A stretch of 64,000 nt of DNA. Origin: Amphiscolops sp. MND2022 (Eukaryota). This document shows positions 9,901 to 23,800 of the stretch, piece after piece (positions within the stretch are counted from its first letter, which is position 1; each line of letters opens with the position of its first letter). The notes below the pieces were generated by a model. The model saw only the letters and a list, made by a program, of their open reading frames with translations, was not told the origin of the DNA and searched no databases. A program made the translations under genes and the position numbers. The stretch spans positions 66,652,001-66,716,000 of the forward strand of contig OZ076409.1 in assembly GCA_964187785.1 (NCBI GenBank), in the 5' to 3' direction.

Positions 9901-12900
9901 CCATTTTAAAGGAAGCACCTAATTCATTATTTCTGCGATAGCAGGCCACTTTTTGTTTTCTCGGCACTATGCGACTTACTGAGAAAAGAGAAATATTTCA
10001 ATAAAATTTTTGAAAATAATTTTTGAAAAACATTTTTCGCAATTTTTAGTTTTTGAGGTTTCCTGTGAAGGAAAGGAGATTCCCGAGTCTTGAGGGTGAC
10101 TTCTTTGTTATTTTTGATCATATGGAACTGACGAGGTTTCTTATTGATTGTGAAAACTACCTCATATCAATTTTTTTGACTCTCTGCGTCTTTCAAAAAC
10201 TTTAATTTGGTCAAAGAGTACTTCTTGCTTTCATAGCTGATTTCAGCTTGAGAAAAGTAGTTTTGCGAGATGAAACGTGTGTCACCATCATAGAACATTA
10301 CCGGAAAAAATCAAAAAATGGGATTTTTTGGATTCCTGTTGGGAAAAATGTGGTTTCCTAGTCTGAGGCGTGTTTCTTGGGAGTCTTTTCGGCACTCAGA
10401 AATTGACAGAAACTTGAAACTAGGGTCCTTTGCAAGTTTAAAAATTTTGAGCGCGGCGTCAACTTGGGCTGGTCCCGACTTGTTTTTTTTGCACATAGTT
10501 TTCACCAGAAGTGTTAAAAATCAAAAATAGTTTTGACAACTTTGAGGTTAATTTGAAGAACTTTTCTAACATGAATCTACAGATGTCTCTTCAAAATTAG
10601 GCCTACGGGACACTGAGTTTAGCTGTTGTTGATTGTTTACACCATTCAACCCACAGAGTAGGTCGAAACATCTTCCTTTGGAAGGTGTACTCCATATCTA
10701 GTGACTTTGCTGGGAATTTTTTGAATATTAAATTTTGGATAAATGAGGTCGAAATCTACGTTTTCAAGCAAAGTTTTTGAAAGTTGGGCCAATAAATTCG
10801 TCTGATATCTTTTCGACAAACTATCACTTCGATGAACTTCATCCCACTTAATCCCCATTTGCGTTTCGAATACTTTTTGTGTCAACGCTCAGGTCATTGG
10901 AAGTACTAATCTTTAAAAACTTTCTTGAATTGTACAAAAATTGAGATTAGCTTGTCAAACAATGTGATTTTTTTGTCGCTTCATGGATGTTTGGGCATTT
11001 TTGAGCCAATTCCAACAAAGAATGCAGTTATTATTTCAAAGTTGCCTACTGGAGATACCCTGATAAGTCCTTGCTGACTTTAAAAACCATTTAATGCGAG
11101 CAAGTAGCTCAAACATTGTACAAAAAACTGCCTAAATTTGTAAAAAAAACATGAAACTGCTCAGTTTTTCCAATATTTGTGTCTCTCTGAGGAAACTTTC
11201 GAGCACAAAATAGGCATTTTTTTTAAGAAAAAAAAACGTGCTTCTTCGGACCTAGATTCATCATCTTATGCTTGTGGAAGCTTTTTAAACCGAGGTTTTC
11301 AACCTCAAATGAAAGTTCACAGAAAATGCAATTTTCGACATTTTGCTGTCAATTACGAGCCATTTCAAACCGAAGTCTGCAAATATTCCTTTGAAGGCCT
11401 ACTGGAGTGAGAGTTCAGTCTTTGTTGAACGTTTGCAAACATTCTGACTCCAAAACAAATCAAAAAGAACACAAGTTGTACATAAACGACAATGTTGAAT
11501 TTTTTCGACTCCTTGGGAGTCATTCTGAAGAGATTTTGAAGCAAAACGCTGCAACGTTCTCTTAAAAATAATGTAATGCACAGGTCGTTCTTTCTTTGTT
11601 AAGTTGATTGTGCTGGAACTTAGAACAACATCTCTCGCAAAATTTACAGAAATTACTTCAAAAACAACAAAAACTTAAACTTTTTTTCAGTTCATGGTCA
11701 ATTTGAGGCTTATTTCATTTACAAATTGATCTTATCTCGTGAAAAAAGCACACGGAAGCAACAAGTTAGCCCATGATTTAGGTGTTTTAACATTTTAGTC
11801 CGCAAAGTCTATCGATATTTTGACAAAAAGTGAACAAAAATAATGAAAATCGTAAAACTTTCGAAATTATGACTTTTTCGATGTCAATTCCGGACAATTT
11901 CCGTATGAAAAACGGCATTTGTCTCTTTTCTACGGGACAACACATCCTTTCCTTGTTGACCCGTTTCAACGTTACGAAGGATGAAGTCTGTCGAAAATTT
12001 GGGAAAATTTGCATAAAATCTTTGAAAATTGGAGAAATTTTGGGATTTTGTCATTTCGGTGTCATTTTCAGACTTTTTCATTCTGAGCATTGCTAATATC
12101 TCTTCATTAAAGACTACTCGAGAACCCACATTTTCCTTGGTGAGACTTTAAAATGTTCCAATCTACGAAAACTCTTGAAACTTTAACAAAAATGCATAAA
12201 AGTTTTTAAAAATGGAAAATTTTGTGTTTTTTGTCGTTTTCGTTGTCAATTTGAGACATTTTCACTTAAAAAACTGCAATAAACTCTTCCGGAAAGCCTC
12301 CTGGACAACGATGTAGTACCATTTTGAGCGTTTTCCGCATTCTATTTCACGAAGTTTATCGAAAATTTGACAAAAATTGCATAAAAACTTGAAAAATTGG
12401 AAATTTTCTCTTTTATGAGTCAATTTTGTGTCATTCTGGGGTCCTTCGAATCAACTAAAAAAGTCCAGAAATCTCTACGAATACAAATCGCACGAAGCTA
12501 AAATTATGTGAGTTGAATTTTACGGGTAACACCCTTAAAGTTAAATATAAATTTGGCGCTTGGCAAAGTTTTAAAAAAAACCGTTTGATATAAATGTTTT
12601 TTCCCATATGAAATATGGGCGGAAAGTAGAAATTAAGAGCCTAGTACTTGAGTTAAGATTTTGATTCAATGAGATTAGCTTTCGATCATTGAAATGAAAT
12701 GTAAATTTGCAGAATCTTTAACAGAAAAGCATCTAGTATGTCATGAGATTTAATTTATTTTAAATTACATTTTTCGAAGCATTTACTTTGTCAAAAACTT
12801 GCAATCGATATCTTTGGGTGCAGTAATCATTTCTGAGAGGACCCCAATGACTTTTATTTGTCAAAATCAGAAATTTCATCAGGATACAAACTTCATCAAA

Positions 12901-14637
12901 AGGAGCACAACCTAGAGCTAGACTGGTATCTTAGACGCCTAGACAAGACACTGTCTCCTAAACTATCCAAGAAATTAGTTTTTGCCGGGAAAAGGTAAAA
13001 GTGAGTACATTTGCGAGACCAGCTCTTAATAAGTTAGAAAATGGCGGCTAGATGCCCTCGGATTTAGATTAACAGCCTAAACAACCTCGGGTATCTAACA
13101 ATCATACAGTAAATGCTACTTGTTTGTTGGTGTAGGGATTACTTTGGGCTACTTCGAGCAAATAATTGACTTTTGGTCATTTGATTATTCAGATAGTTCT
13201 ACTTTTTTTCGGTTGAGGTCGACAAAAACTTGGGACCTGGTCTGTCAATCTAGCGATTGATTCGACATTTTATTACTAAGCCGGAGCTGTTCCCCGTTTG
13301 AAGCTAAGAAAAGGAACAAATTTTTCCAAAGATGCTGACAGGTGGTTTTTCGGAACGTTCAAGAAAGTATCACAGTGCCAAAAAGTCAACAGGAGGCACA
13401 TTCGGCTTCATTTTGGACTTGCATTTTAAATGAAATAATGAAAGAGCGACTGTTTGGATGCGATGTAGATTTACAGCGGGAATGCGCTTTGAGAAAGGAC
13501 TTTTCACTGGAGGATAAAGGTGAAATACCCGTCCTGCTGAAAAAACGTGTAATTTCTTCAGAAATGTCGAATCAAAATTTAATGTTTTAAGTCTATAGTT
13601 CGATGCAATTCAAGCATTTGATTCTTTAATCAGCGCTTTTTTCTTTTCACGACGAAGCCAAGTGTTTTTTTAAGACAAGCGAGCTGACATGTTTAAGGAT
13701 TCTATAGTTTTCTCTTTCGTTGTTACTTAGTGCTGATGTCCTTGCATGGTGACAATGGCTTGAAATCCGAAGTTCAGGGTTAATACCCGCGCTGGTCTAA
13801 AACTTTTTTACGTTAAGAAAACTAGACTAAGTCAAAGGGTTCCTTTGGGTATTTTCAGCACTGTGCGACTTTTTTTAAGGATAAATTTCGTTTCGCCAAA
13901 GACTCTTCCTATGCATTTACTGGTTTTCAACTACGAAAAACCGTTTTGAGAGTCTAAAGGGTCCTTCTTTGGGTTTCTCGGTATCGTGCAGCTTTTTAAA
14001 TTAAAAATGGAATAGAGCGAGGTGTTTCTGACTTGGGCCGTTTCAGGCTTGTTTAAATCTTAACTTTCATGGAATACTAGGGTTATAATAAAGTATTATT
14101 CTACTAATATTAAAGTACATTTTCGACTCTCTCTCACTCCCCTTGTCGTGACCAAATAGTTTCGGTGGGGATCTTGAAGGAGTCTAAAGCGCGGAAAGAA
14201 CTTTTCTTGTAGCTATTACGTTTGTCTCGACTCTCGACAATACGAAATTGCATGAGACCAAAGGATCCATCCATGGCTTGAAGATGTTTTTTCCTTCATC
14301 AGATGTTTTTTTTTCGTATTTCCGTTCAAAATTGTTTATCAGGTTTTTTTTCGTATTTCCGTTCAAAATTGTTTATCAGTTCAGTGCGGTCCTCCGTTTG
14401 ATATTGTTCTCTGCACCAAAAAACGTTTGCAATTCATCTATATAGAAATAACTCGTGAACTAAGATGAAACTTTTTGCGGCGTTTCAACCTTACGCCGGA
14501 CACTGACGCAAGACGTTCACGTTTTTTAACGTTTTTTAAAAACTTGCCATTGATACGGGTAATAACAGTTTTGTTCTCATATCAAGTACGCAGTTGACTC
14601 TTCCTGGGCGTGAAGTCTGAAACCACAGAAGTCTGTA

Positions 14638-16353
14638 TGTCGTGTGTACAATCTGCACTTTCCTCATGCAGACAAGTAAGGCTCACTCCTTGAACAACTC
14701 CTGATTTTCAGACTAGGATTATCTTCGGAGTTACGTTCCGGTTTCTCGGCCGAGACGTTCCATCCTTTCTGTGTCATTTGTCCAGAACCGGCCCTGAGGG
14801 AGTTCTGAATATGGGGCAAAACTTGATTGCTTTTTGCATCGTTAATAGCCCTTTGGATTTGAACACTGACACTGTTCATCACTTCATCCATATCTCTCGA
14901 GATCCTCAAATTAAGCACGCCTGATAACCTATTAAACTATGCACTAGAGTCTGTGCCAGCTGAGTTGTGGCCATAATTGGCACTGTTACTCTATCTATTT
15001 TCCCTAGAATTAGGGTAACTGTCCTCTTCGTTAGTTTCTGGTGCATTGATATTTGGACTACCAGGTCTCCTAATGGAGTCACCAAACTCACTTCCTTCCC
15101 TTTCCAGATGATTGCCTCCCAACATAATATCTAGATTTTCTATGTCTGATAACATTTCTACTCTTCTAGAATTTCCAGCTTTCTTCTGTTTTCTAGTAGT
15201 AGGCATCAAGAAATCCTGATTGTAATATTTTATTAGGAAATCAGGTTTGGATATTTTAAGCGTGTGAATAGTCGTAGAACCAAACAAATTGTGTCCCTCC
15301 CAGGAGAAGTAGGGGTATATAAATATATCCCTGAGAGATTGACTCTAACAATTTTACATGAACTGTATAATTAAAATAACATTCCAATCGCGTTTTGTTG
15401 AACAGAGTTTTACATAGTTCTAGTAGGTAAATTCCATAAAAGGCATGTGATCAGCATCTTGATACTGCACTTGGGTACATAGATCGACCCACTCAAGATT
15501 TTGACCTATCGGGGACTGAACATATTTGAAACAGTTAATAGCATAGGTTGTAAACAATCACGAACATCAAAGTTTTAGCACCTAAATGTCGGAAATATGC
15601 AACAACGAATTCTTGTACACGGAATTAAGTTAGCATCCGGTTAAATACATTGATATACATGATCTCATAAAGGCACTGAGTTGACCTAAATCAGCCATTG
15701 TACATAAACTAGGCAATATTGTCCTGCTTTGATCGGTTCAGATATTGGTTTTTATTAATGTCAGCAACGATTAAAACATTTAACAACTCTTCAATTAACA
15801 CCGTTTATTCACAGTATTCGACATTTCAAGACAGTTTTAAGTACTTCTCAGGGAAATACACAGCACTACTAGTTGAATAAAGCAGCCAATCTGATAAAAG
15901 TGAAACACGCGGAATCCGGCCATTTAACTAGCGTCCCTGTGAGTGGTGGCCCAATTAAGTCAATTAGCCGCATCCAGCGAAATAATGTACTGCTCTGAAA
16001 TGATATTATTAATACTGCACTGTGTTTGGTCAGCTATAAGCCAACAAGTTACGACGCCGAGAAAGGACATTTTAGCACTCGAACACGTTTCCTTTGCATC
16101 GCACATTATTCAATTTACTTCTTGCATTTCAACTTTACATTGCTCCAAACTACCAAATCAGCTCTTTGAACAACAGTTAACAGACTAATACAAAACAAGT
16201 CTACGAGAATATTTAAACAAACTAAGTACTAGTTTTATGAGAGAGATTGTTTTTAGTTTCAATATCAGAAAGTATGGTGTGTTCCAGGTGCAGTGTTTTG
16301 TCCATTTGCGGTTGTCGTGATCGCTGTGCCATCACAGGCGGCATCCTGCGACA
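14638..16353 (-). mobile_element. Solo LTR (1716 bp) of the cargo-bearing Gypsy family
   Basis: TG...CA ends, 5-bp TSD CTGTA (14633-14637 / 16354-16358), frameshifted MPTTRKQKK ORF (ATG 15206). Confidence 0.92.
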
Positions 16354-16399
16354 CTGTACCCTCGAAGTGACCCAAGTAAAGAATATAAAATCTTGATCT

Positions 16400-17255
16400 G
16401 ACAATACCAGAACTGAATAGAGACAAATGTCACGAAAACCTTTAACCTAACAAAAGACTCAGTGGGACTTCGATTTTTTTGTTCACTGTTACAAGAATGC
16501 CTTTAATGGAATACGGACACCATTGCCAAGATTCAAAGGAACCAAGTTTTTAATTTCGCAGAGAAAAACTATTGTGAAAATTTTATCAAAATTTGCAATG
16601 CCAAAAAATACCCGAATATTCCATTTGGAAACAACAAAAACCAATTTCTCTAAATATAATTTTTTCGAAACTTCTTCTCCGGAAAAAAGTCTCACAGTGC
16701 CGAAAAAGGAGCCTCAAGCTCAGAAATCTCTTTTTAAAGCCAAAAATGTTATTAAATATGCAGGAGGTACCCTTTGAGCAATTGAAAAACTTACCGAAAA
16801 AAAGTCGCACTAACGTTTGAGAAAACACTCATCAGCTCCACAAGAAAAAATGATCGAAGGGGTGATGTTTAGAACTTAGAAGAATGTTTTCCTCACCTCC
16901 TTGAATTGTTTTTCATATTTAAAAAAAATCTTCGGTAAGTCGCATAGTGCCAAAAAAACTCTACGGTGGACCTCCACGCTCACAGAACGCTTTGTTTCTG
17001 CTAGAAATTAGAGAGGGGCACTTCAATTGAATACCCAAAGGGGCCCTTTGTTTTCCCCTCTACTTTTGCAAGCATAAAAATTTCTATTTGGCGCGAGACT
17101 CAAAAAATCCGGGTTAAACTTCATGCCAAGTGGCAGTTACTATGCCTCTGTGCTTATAGAGCTTATATTTGCTTATAGAAATCTTTCAGTTTGCTGGTCT
17201 TAAAAAAGCCACTGTTATAGTCGGGTCTTCTCTTCGAAAAGCGATGACTGAAAAA
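16400..17255 (-). mobile_element. Degenerate Helentron-like non-autonomous element (family 1)
   Basis: Family 5' end (AGCCACTGTTATAGTCGGG...GAAAAGCG..GACT) at 17205-17255; left boundary uncertain. Confidence 0.45.
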
Positions 17256-17359
17256 TATGACACACAAAGGTATTGTGTAACCTCTTCATGCGATCTTTTG
17301 AATATGAATGAATGCATGATCTAACATTCTATATACTTGAGCAGCCTCGAATACTTGTT

Positions 17360-17465
17360 GGGCGGTTATGACAGGGGCGCTTATGACAAGGGCGCTTATG
17401 ACAGGGGCGCTTATGACAGGGGCGCTTATGAAAGGGGCGCTTCTGACTGTAATCTGGGCGCTTTT
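17360..17465. repeat. 15-bp tandem repeat (TTATGACAGGGGCGC)n, ~5-6 units
   Basis: Directly visible; produces spurious APVIS/KRPCH repeat ORFs. Confidence 0.85.
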
Positions 17466-18014
17466 GTCGGGTAACTCCTGCAAATACGTGTATAAAAATT
17501 GATACAAGACACCCTGGAAGACACATGGGGTTCGATGCATTTGCTTTGCTTTGCATTCAAAATTCAAATGAGGAAGACATCTGCTGCAAGTTAACAAGAA
17601 CAAGTTAACCCAGTAAACTACATATTTGCTAGTTGCTTACTTGGCTTCATTTCAGCTCCCTGATTTGTTAAAAATATCATGAGCGTTTTTTTTCTCTTCA
17701 TTCCGTGACTGGGCCGTCTTCGAAAACTGTCAAAAATAAAATCAGTACCTGCTTGTTCATGAGCACAAATTTTGGTTTTTGCGAATCTCTTTTTTAAGCA
17801 AATCTCTTTTCTAGAAATGTTTGAGGCTTCTGCAGTAATTTCTTTTTTTGAATTTATTTGGTAACATGTACGTAACAAAGTTGCAACTAAAAAGGAGAAA
17901 TGTGTAACTAAAACTATATACCCAGAGTGACTGACGCGTCAGAATGTAGAAATGTTCGATGGAATTTTACTGTGAGCAAAAATTAACAACTGGTAGAGTT
18001 ATTACTTGGGTCGT

Positions 18015-19205
18015 TCAATCCGAAATATCATCAAAAGATGGTAATGTGCTGGTCCTGGTTGCTTCGTAGTTGGAATCTCTGTTATTAGGAGCATAGGAAA
18101 TTTGGTTATTGTATTCATTTTGATTACGCTGATTATAGAGAACATTTCGCGCCGTAGCTGGGCGTTTTTTCCAAAGACATGGGCATATTCTCTTTAACTT
18201 GGGAACAACGATTCCTCGAAACTCGAACCATGTCCATGCATAGAGAAACGGATTCAGGGCGCAATTAACCAGAGGTGTAAGTTGGACCACTTGATCGAAC
18301 CAATGCTGCATAAGTTTTTCTTCTAGTTTGATATTAGCATTGCCGATTACGTAAACATACCAGAAGATTTGGTTCGGGACCCAAGCGAGAATGTAAAAGG
18401 TCACTATCAAGGTCAACCGGATGCAAAGTGACCTCATAAACGATTTCGCACATTGATATAGAAACTCAGACTGAGGGTCAAAGTCTCTGCGACCTTCATG
18501 GTGTCGTTTCGCCATTGCAGTTTCTCGGAACAATTTGAAGTAGCAGACAAAAACAATTATCAAGGGGATTATCATCACCAATGAAATCTGCAAGACCAAA
18601 CCTATGTATTTAAGAAATTTGAAATCAGTGCAACCGAGAACACACTGGACTTCGCCATCTCGTTTCCGAATGTAGAAATTAAAGGGGCTGTCGTTAAGAA
18701 TAACCAAACCGAGAACCCAGCTGAAAACAAGCAGACAACGGATGCGACATTTAGTCCCAAACAGAAAGGTGTACCATTTGGGTTTCAAGTCACCCTTAGA
18801 TGCACCCAAAAGTTCCATGGTAAGAAAGACAACCAACCACGAGGATGCGCATGTTAGGGTCAAGACGAGGAAGTTTGAAAGGTAGATTCTGCATATTATT
18901 TGACCGCCTATGCCGTCTGGGATTCCTGCTTTTGCTGGGTAACATATTTGGGCAATCATGCCTAGATTTTGAAGCATGTCCGTGAAAGCTAAGTTTTTCA
19001 ACACTCTGAGGTGATTGGTGAGGTTCGATGTTGAAAAAAGAACAAAATAAATGAAAGCGTTCATGATGATACCAAAAACACCGCCGGCCAGCATGCACCA
19101 AAAAAATCCATCGTGGGGATCGTATTTTCCATAAATAACCAAAGCATCATCGTCATCATCAGTTGTCTGTCTTTCAAAGTGGAATAAACCTGATTGAAGT
19201 ATCAT
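18015..19205 (-). CDS. Intronless class A (rhodopsin-like) orphan GPCR, 396 aa
   Basis: Seven hydrophobic segments; TM2 NLAFTD, TM3 Cys and ECL2 Cys, TM6 FYILAWVP, TM7 NCALNPFLY; the DRY position reads ELL. Confidence 0.92.
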   Translation of the reverse strand: MILQSGLFHFERQTTDDDDDALVIYGKYDPHDGFFWCMLAGGVFGIIMNAFIYFVLFSTSNLTNHLRVLKNLAFTDMLQNLGMIAQICYPAKAGIPDGIGGQIICRIYLSNFLVLTLTCASSWLVVFLTMELLGASKGDLKPKWYTFLFGTKCRIRCLLVFSWVLGLVILNDSPFNFYIRKRDGEVQCVLGCTDFKFLKYIGLVLQISLVMIIPLIIVFVCYFKLFRETAMAKRHHEGRRDFDPQSEFLYQCAKSFMRSLCIRLTLIVTFYILAWVPNQIFWYVYVIGNANIKLEEKLMQHWFDQVVQLTPLVNCALNPFLYAWTWFEFRGIVVPKLKRICPCLWKKRPATARNVLYNQRNQNEYNNQISYAPNNRDSNYEATRTSTLPSFDDISD

Positions 19206-20876
19206 TGTTGAATCGTAAAAAGCAAAACAAGGACTCTACCAGTCGAAGGAGATGATAGCCGCTGAGAAATATAAATGTACAATCCGATATTTGATTAAAA
19301 TCGGAATTTCAGAAAATATAGAATTGTGAAAGAATCATTCAACTGGCAAAACAGGTGCCGAAGTTCTTGAACAAAACATTTTTGACGTTCGTATGAATCG
19401 AATGAGCAAATAGAGAGGGTTGAACATTCTTGAATGACCCGAATGAGCAATTAGATGTGGACTGAAGCTATCTTAGTTCAACTCTTTTGCTTGGTTTGTT
19501 AGTGAATTTATCAAACGACAAGATTCGAACGAAACCATCCCAGCGTCGATTCTCATTTGGTGACGCCATAGCCACTGAATGTATTCAAGAAACTCGTTTG
19601 TCAGCAATTTCATTGATTCGAAAGTTGGTTTTACTTAATAGCATAAAATATGCATGACGTGTAACGGAAGAATGAAGATATTAACGACACAAGGCTTCAT
19701 TCTCAAAAGGAGAATCATTCAAATTGTTCAGCCGTATAATGCTTCCATTGTTATTTGTCATTCGTCGTACGCGTCTTTGCACTTAATATTCAAAATGTAA
19801 CCAGATTTTTCCACAGAGGAACCCTCCAAAAACTCGATTGACTCTCTGTTCAAACCCGGAAATATTGTGGAAGACCATATGAAAATGCGAGAGGCGATGA
19901 GGCATTTTTGGCATTTTTGAAACATTAAGGATATTGATTTTAACTAAACTAATTCTCACTTTTGAGTGTGGAATATATATTTTTGCAAAAGTGGACTGAA
20001 TTATTTTCATTGGGCAACCTTTTGGGCAGGCAGAAAGAGCCACAAGTAAAATCATCAAATCAAAGAAATTCGCTCACAGCGCAAAAATTTTTGAATCTCA
20101 AGTTATAGAGATTCAGTAACAAAAGGTTCTAATATAACCAAAACGTGAGAAACCTAAACAATATGCAACCTACATTTAAATGTTTCTTAAAGGGCTTTGT
20201 TGCTTGACTCCATAAAATTTCATGAAGGTTTTTGGAAAAAAACTAATGAAATCGAAAGTAAGTATGAATTCTTTAATGTTAAAAACATCTAGTTTCAAGT
20301 AGCTCTATAAATGAGTTTTCAATCCTCAGAAGTCACTCAAAACAACGTCATATTTAATGTATTTTAGTTAAATTGGTTTTCTTGGACCTCACAAGTTTGT
20401 GAGAACACCCAGGAGAAGTAGAAATTGTTTTTTAAGTGCTTGGATGACGTATCCGGACTTGGAGTGTGCCGGTTACTCGTCCCGGAGCTCTTAAATGAAC
20501 TCATGCAAAACAACGGGAAAAATAACATTAGATTTAAGAAAACTATTGAATTGACAACCTTTATTAACAGGCTGAAAGCTGATTTTCTACCTGGTATTCA
20601 GTTGTTAAACATATGAAAGTTTGAGTTCTTTGCTTAGTGAATAAAGTCGAAAAATTACAAAGAGTTTAAGTTCCAAATTATGTATCTGATACTAAAAAGT
20701 TTCAATTCTTAGTAAGTCTTGATCTGATCAACTTCGAAGCTTCCGTGGATGAAATACTTGCAACCGAACAGGTTGTCACTGTGTATCGATCGTATGTTTC
20801 TCACTTCGCTTCTCGAACACTATCTCGATCATGTTGATCACGTCATACAGCTATCATGACGTCACTGTTGATTACG

Positions 20877-23800
20877 TCATCTTCCCAAATTGAACGAAGG
20901 AACTGGTAGCTGTTTGGTCTTGAAAGCCGGCACTAAGCCCTTCGGACGACCAGAAGCTTCGTCTCTGGTAACCTAAAATGATCAAATGTTGAAGGTGAGT
21001 TAAATCTGGATTTCCCGACAGACCGATTATATTCAAGACCATAAACGGCTATCCAAATCATTAAAAAAGTCAATGCTCTTCTTACTACCTGCGTATGATA
21101 AACCTGGAATCATGTATCTTCCTGTAACCATAGGCCATTAACACGCATGCCCATTATTGTCAACCTGTCCACCATTTATATGTATGATCATGCTATGCTT
21201 GGAATCTGTTGTAGCTTGGAATCATACTTTTTTAATTATTGCAGGCTATGGTAAGCCTGTTCTTGTATGGGGGGCAAACCCTGGCGGTTAAACAAAGTTT
21301 CTTCCACTATAACAGATTTTCTGTAGACTTCATTAAAATACTGAACAGATTATGCATGCCATGGCTAATTCTGGCGTCTGAAGATAGCTGACAATATGAG
21401 GTTCTTAAAAAGTTAAATGCTAATCAAAATGTTGCTATTGAAAACCTTCTAATATACCAATCAAAAAATATATTTTTTTTAGCTGTTGGCTCTTGCGGCA
21501 TGACGTCACTTCATGCAATACTTTACATGTATACTATAAATAGTAGAGTGACAATTCAGTACCTGTCAGCAACGCTACGACTCAACATTGTGCTGACCTA
21601 TTCATTAACCTTTGAATACTCTTATTGAACAGAATAGATTCTACAGCACTACCCTTGTTTTCTTATCTTATTCCCAAGATGCAACACGGTGCAGTAGCAA
21701 GATGGACCATCAAAAAGCAACAGAGAGCGCAGGCTCTTCAAGCAGAGAAATCTCCGACAGAACAAACTTAAAAACCGAAAAGACACACCAAAAGATCACG
21801 TTAGAAACATTTGAAAAACGCGGTATACAGGGGGCGAAGTCATGGTGGAGACGATCCACGCAGTACATTAGAATGACCCAAAATGTCGATCTCAACGAAA
21901 TGACAACAGATCGCGAAATAATACGAAACTACAGGGACGATCTGGAACACCGGATCAAAGATTTGTTCATTTGGGCACTGGACGAGTGAGCAATAACGGA
22001 GATGACAAGAACCGTTAGGGACAACGACCCACATCGAATGGACATTAACCAATTATATTCGCTGTTCCGGTTACATTTTATATCGGATCGAAACAAATTC
22101 CATAATAGAGAGGACTTCTTTGAGATAACAAGAGAAAAACATGAAACAGCAGAAGACGTATGGGCAAGAATACTAAAGGTGGAAAAAAACTGCGAATTCG
22201 AAAACGTAACACCAGCAGAATTGATAGCATCAGAGTTCCTGTCTGTAATAGGCAAATCAACAAGCGATTACGAATTACAGAAGAAAATTCGAAAAAAGCT
22301 ATTCGACGATCGAAACAATAACAGCCTTGACACAGGAACACATCTACGACCGATTAAATGATTCAAACAATTCGAACGACGGAAGGGAAATAAAACTCGT
22401 ACAAGAACGACCATACAAACGAAAATGGACAGACAAATTCGATGCGGACAGAACAAAGACATTACAGGAATATCAAAAGCAAAAGCCAAAAGATAACCGA
22501 CGTGGACAGTGGGGGCACCAAATTGGTCGAGACAGCACATCTGCCCAGCAGAAACGGCAAAATGTAGAAAATGCAAAAGAAGAGGCCATTACGAAAAGGT
22601 GTGCAGATCAATGAAACGAGTAAAATACATTGATAGAACATTATCATTGGCAGAAGAAGATAAACTGGGAATACGATAGAATTCCGAGATTAGATAACAT
22701 AAAACAGAAGAAAAGCTTTTACAGTGCCACACTATTGGTTAACAACGTACCAATCAAACTCATCTTCTACAGCGGCTCACCAGTTACACTCTTTCCGGAA
22801 TGCAAAATTACACCAATTGAATCTTTCATGACCACGTATAAAGATGTAAACAATCAAAAGATTAACTTCGTAGGCCAGACGAATTCTACGGTCAAAACAA
22901 ACTAAGAAACAATCGAACTACCATTATTAATTTACAAAAGCACAAACGGCGCCGCTAATGGGACTGGACTGGATGCAACGGCTGAAAATCAACTTGAGTT
23001 CAAGCAACGACGCAATTCAAATTCACAACATAAAACTGGACAACACGGAAAGAAGGATTATAAAACTCCACAACGACTTCAAAGATCTATTTTACAACAA
23101 AAAAGATAAAAAATCTCTCGGTCAAAAGAAATCTAAAGCCGGAGCACAAATAATACAACACAAAGGACGACCAATCCCAACACATTCACAAGACCAAGTG
23201 ACACAAGAATTAAAACGCCTAATAAAACACGGTTATGTGCAACAGAAATTACCGAAGATTGCATTGTAAGCCCCGCAGTAATAACAGTGAAAGACAAGTT
23301 GGTAAAAAATGCCCTCGCTTCTTCCAAAAAACTAAACAAGATCACAGTGAAGCACAAATGCCAAATTTGGAAGAATTGATATCACAAATTTCGAGAAAAG
23401 TCTCTGGAGGATCAGACGGTGAAATAATAGCAACAGAACTCGATTTCGATTATGCATACGGGCAATTCAAGCTCAATGAAAATACAAAAAACATATGGAT
23501 GTTTACCGTAACGGGAGGAGATTTTACAGGATATTACCGTTTCCTGAAAGGCATTTACGGACTGGCCGATATTCCAACAAAGTTCCAAGAACGGATAGAC
23601 ACAACACTGGAGGCCGGCCTGGCTAGATGACATAATAATAGTCACCAAAGGAAACAGGGACAAACACGAAGCGGAAATAAGAGAAACAATGACCAAACTG
23701 GCGAGGTACAGATTAAACCCCAAGAAGTGTGAAATCTTCAAAAAAGAAATTGAATGGGTGGGGCCTAAAAAAGCTCAACAAGACATCAGACCACTCCAAG

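Noticed and set aside
12680..12920. Possible 5' remnant of the GPCR pseudogene (ILQIYIS vs ICRIYLS)
   Set aside because: Similarity too weak to support by eye.
9900..14600. Many short ORFs in AT-rich sequence
   Set aside because: No motifs; they overlap dispersed non-coding repeats also seen at ~41100-41680 and ~52770-56640.
17286..17603. ORFs with APVIS/KRPCH repeats
   Set aside because: Artefact of a 15-bp tandem repeat.
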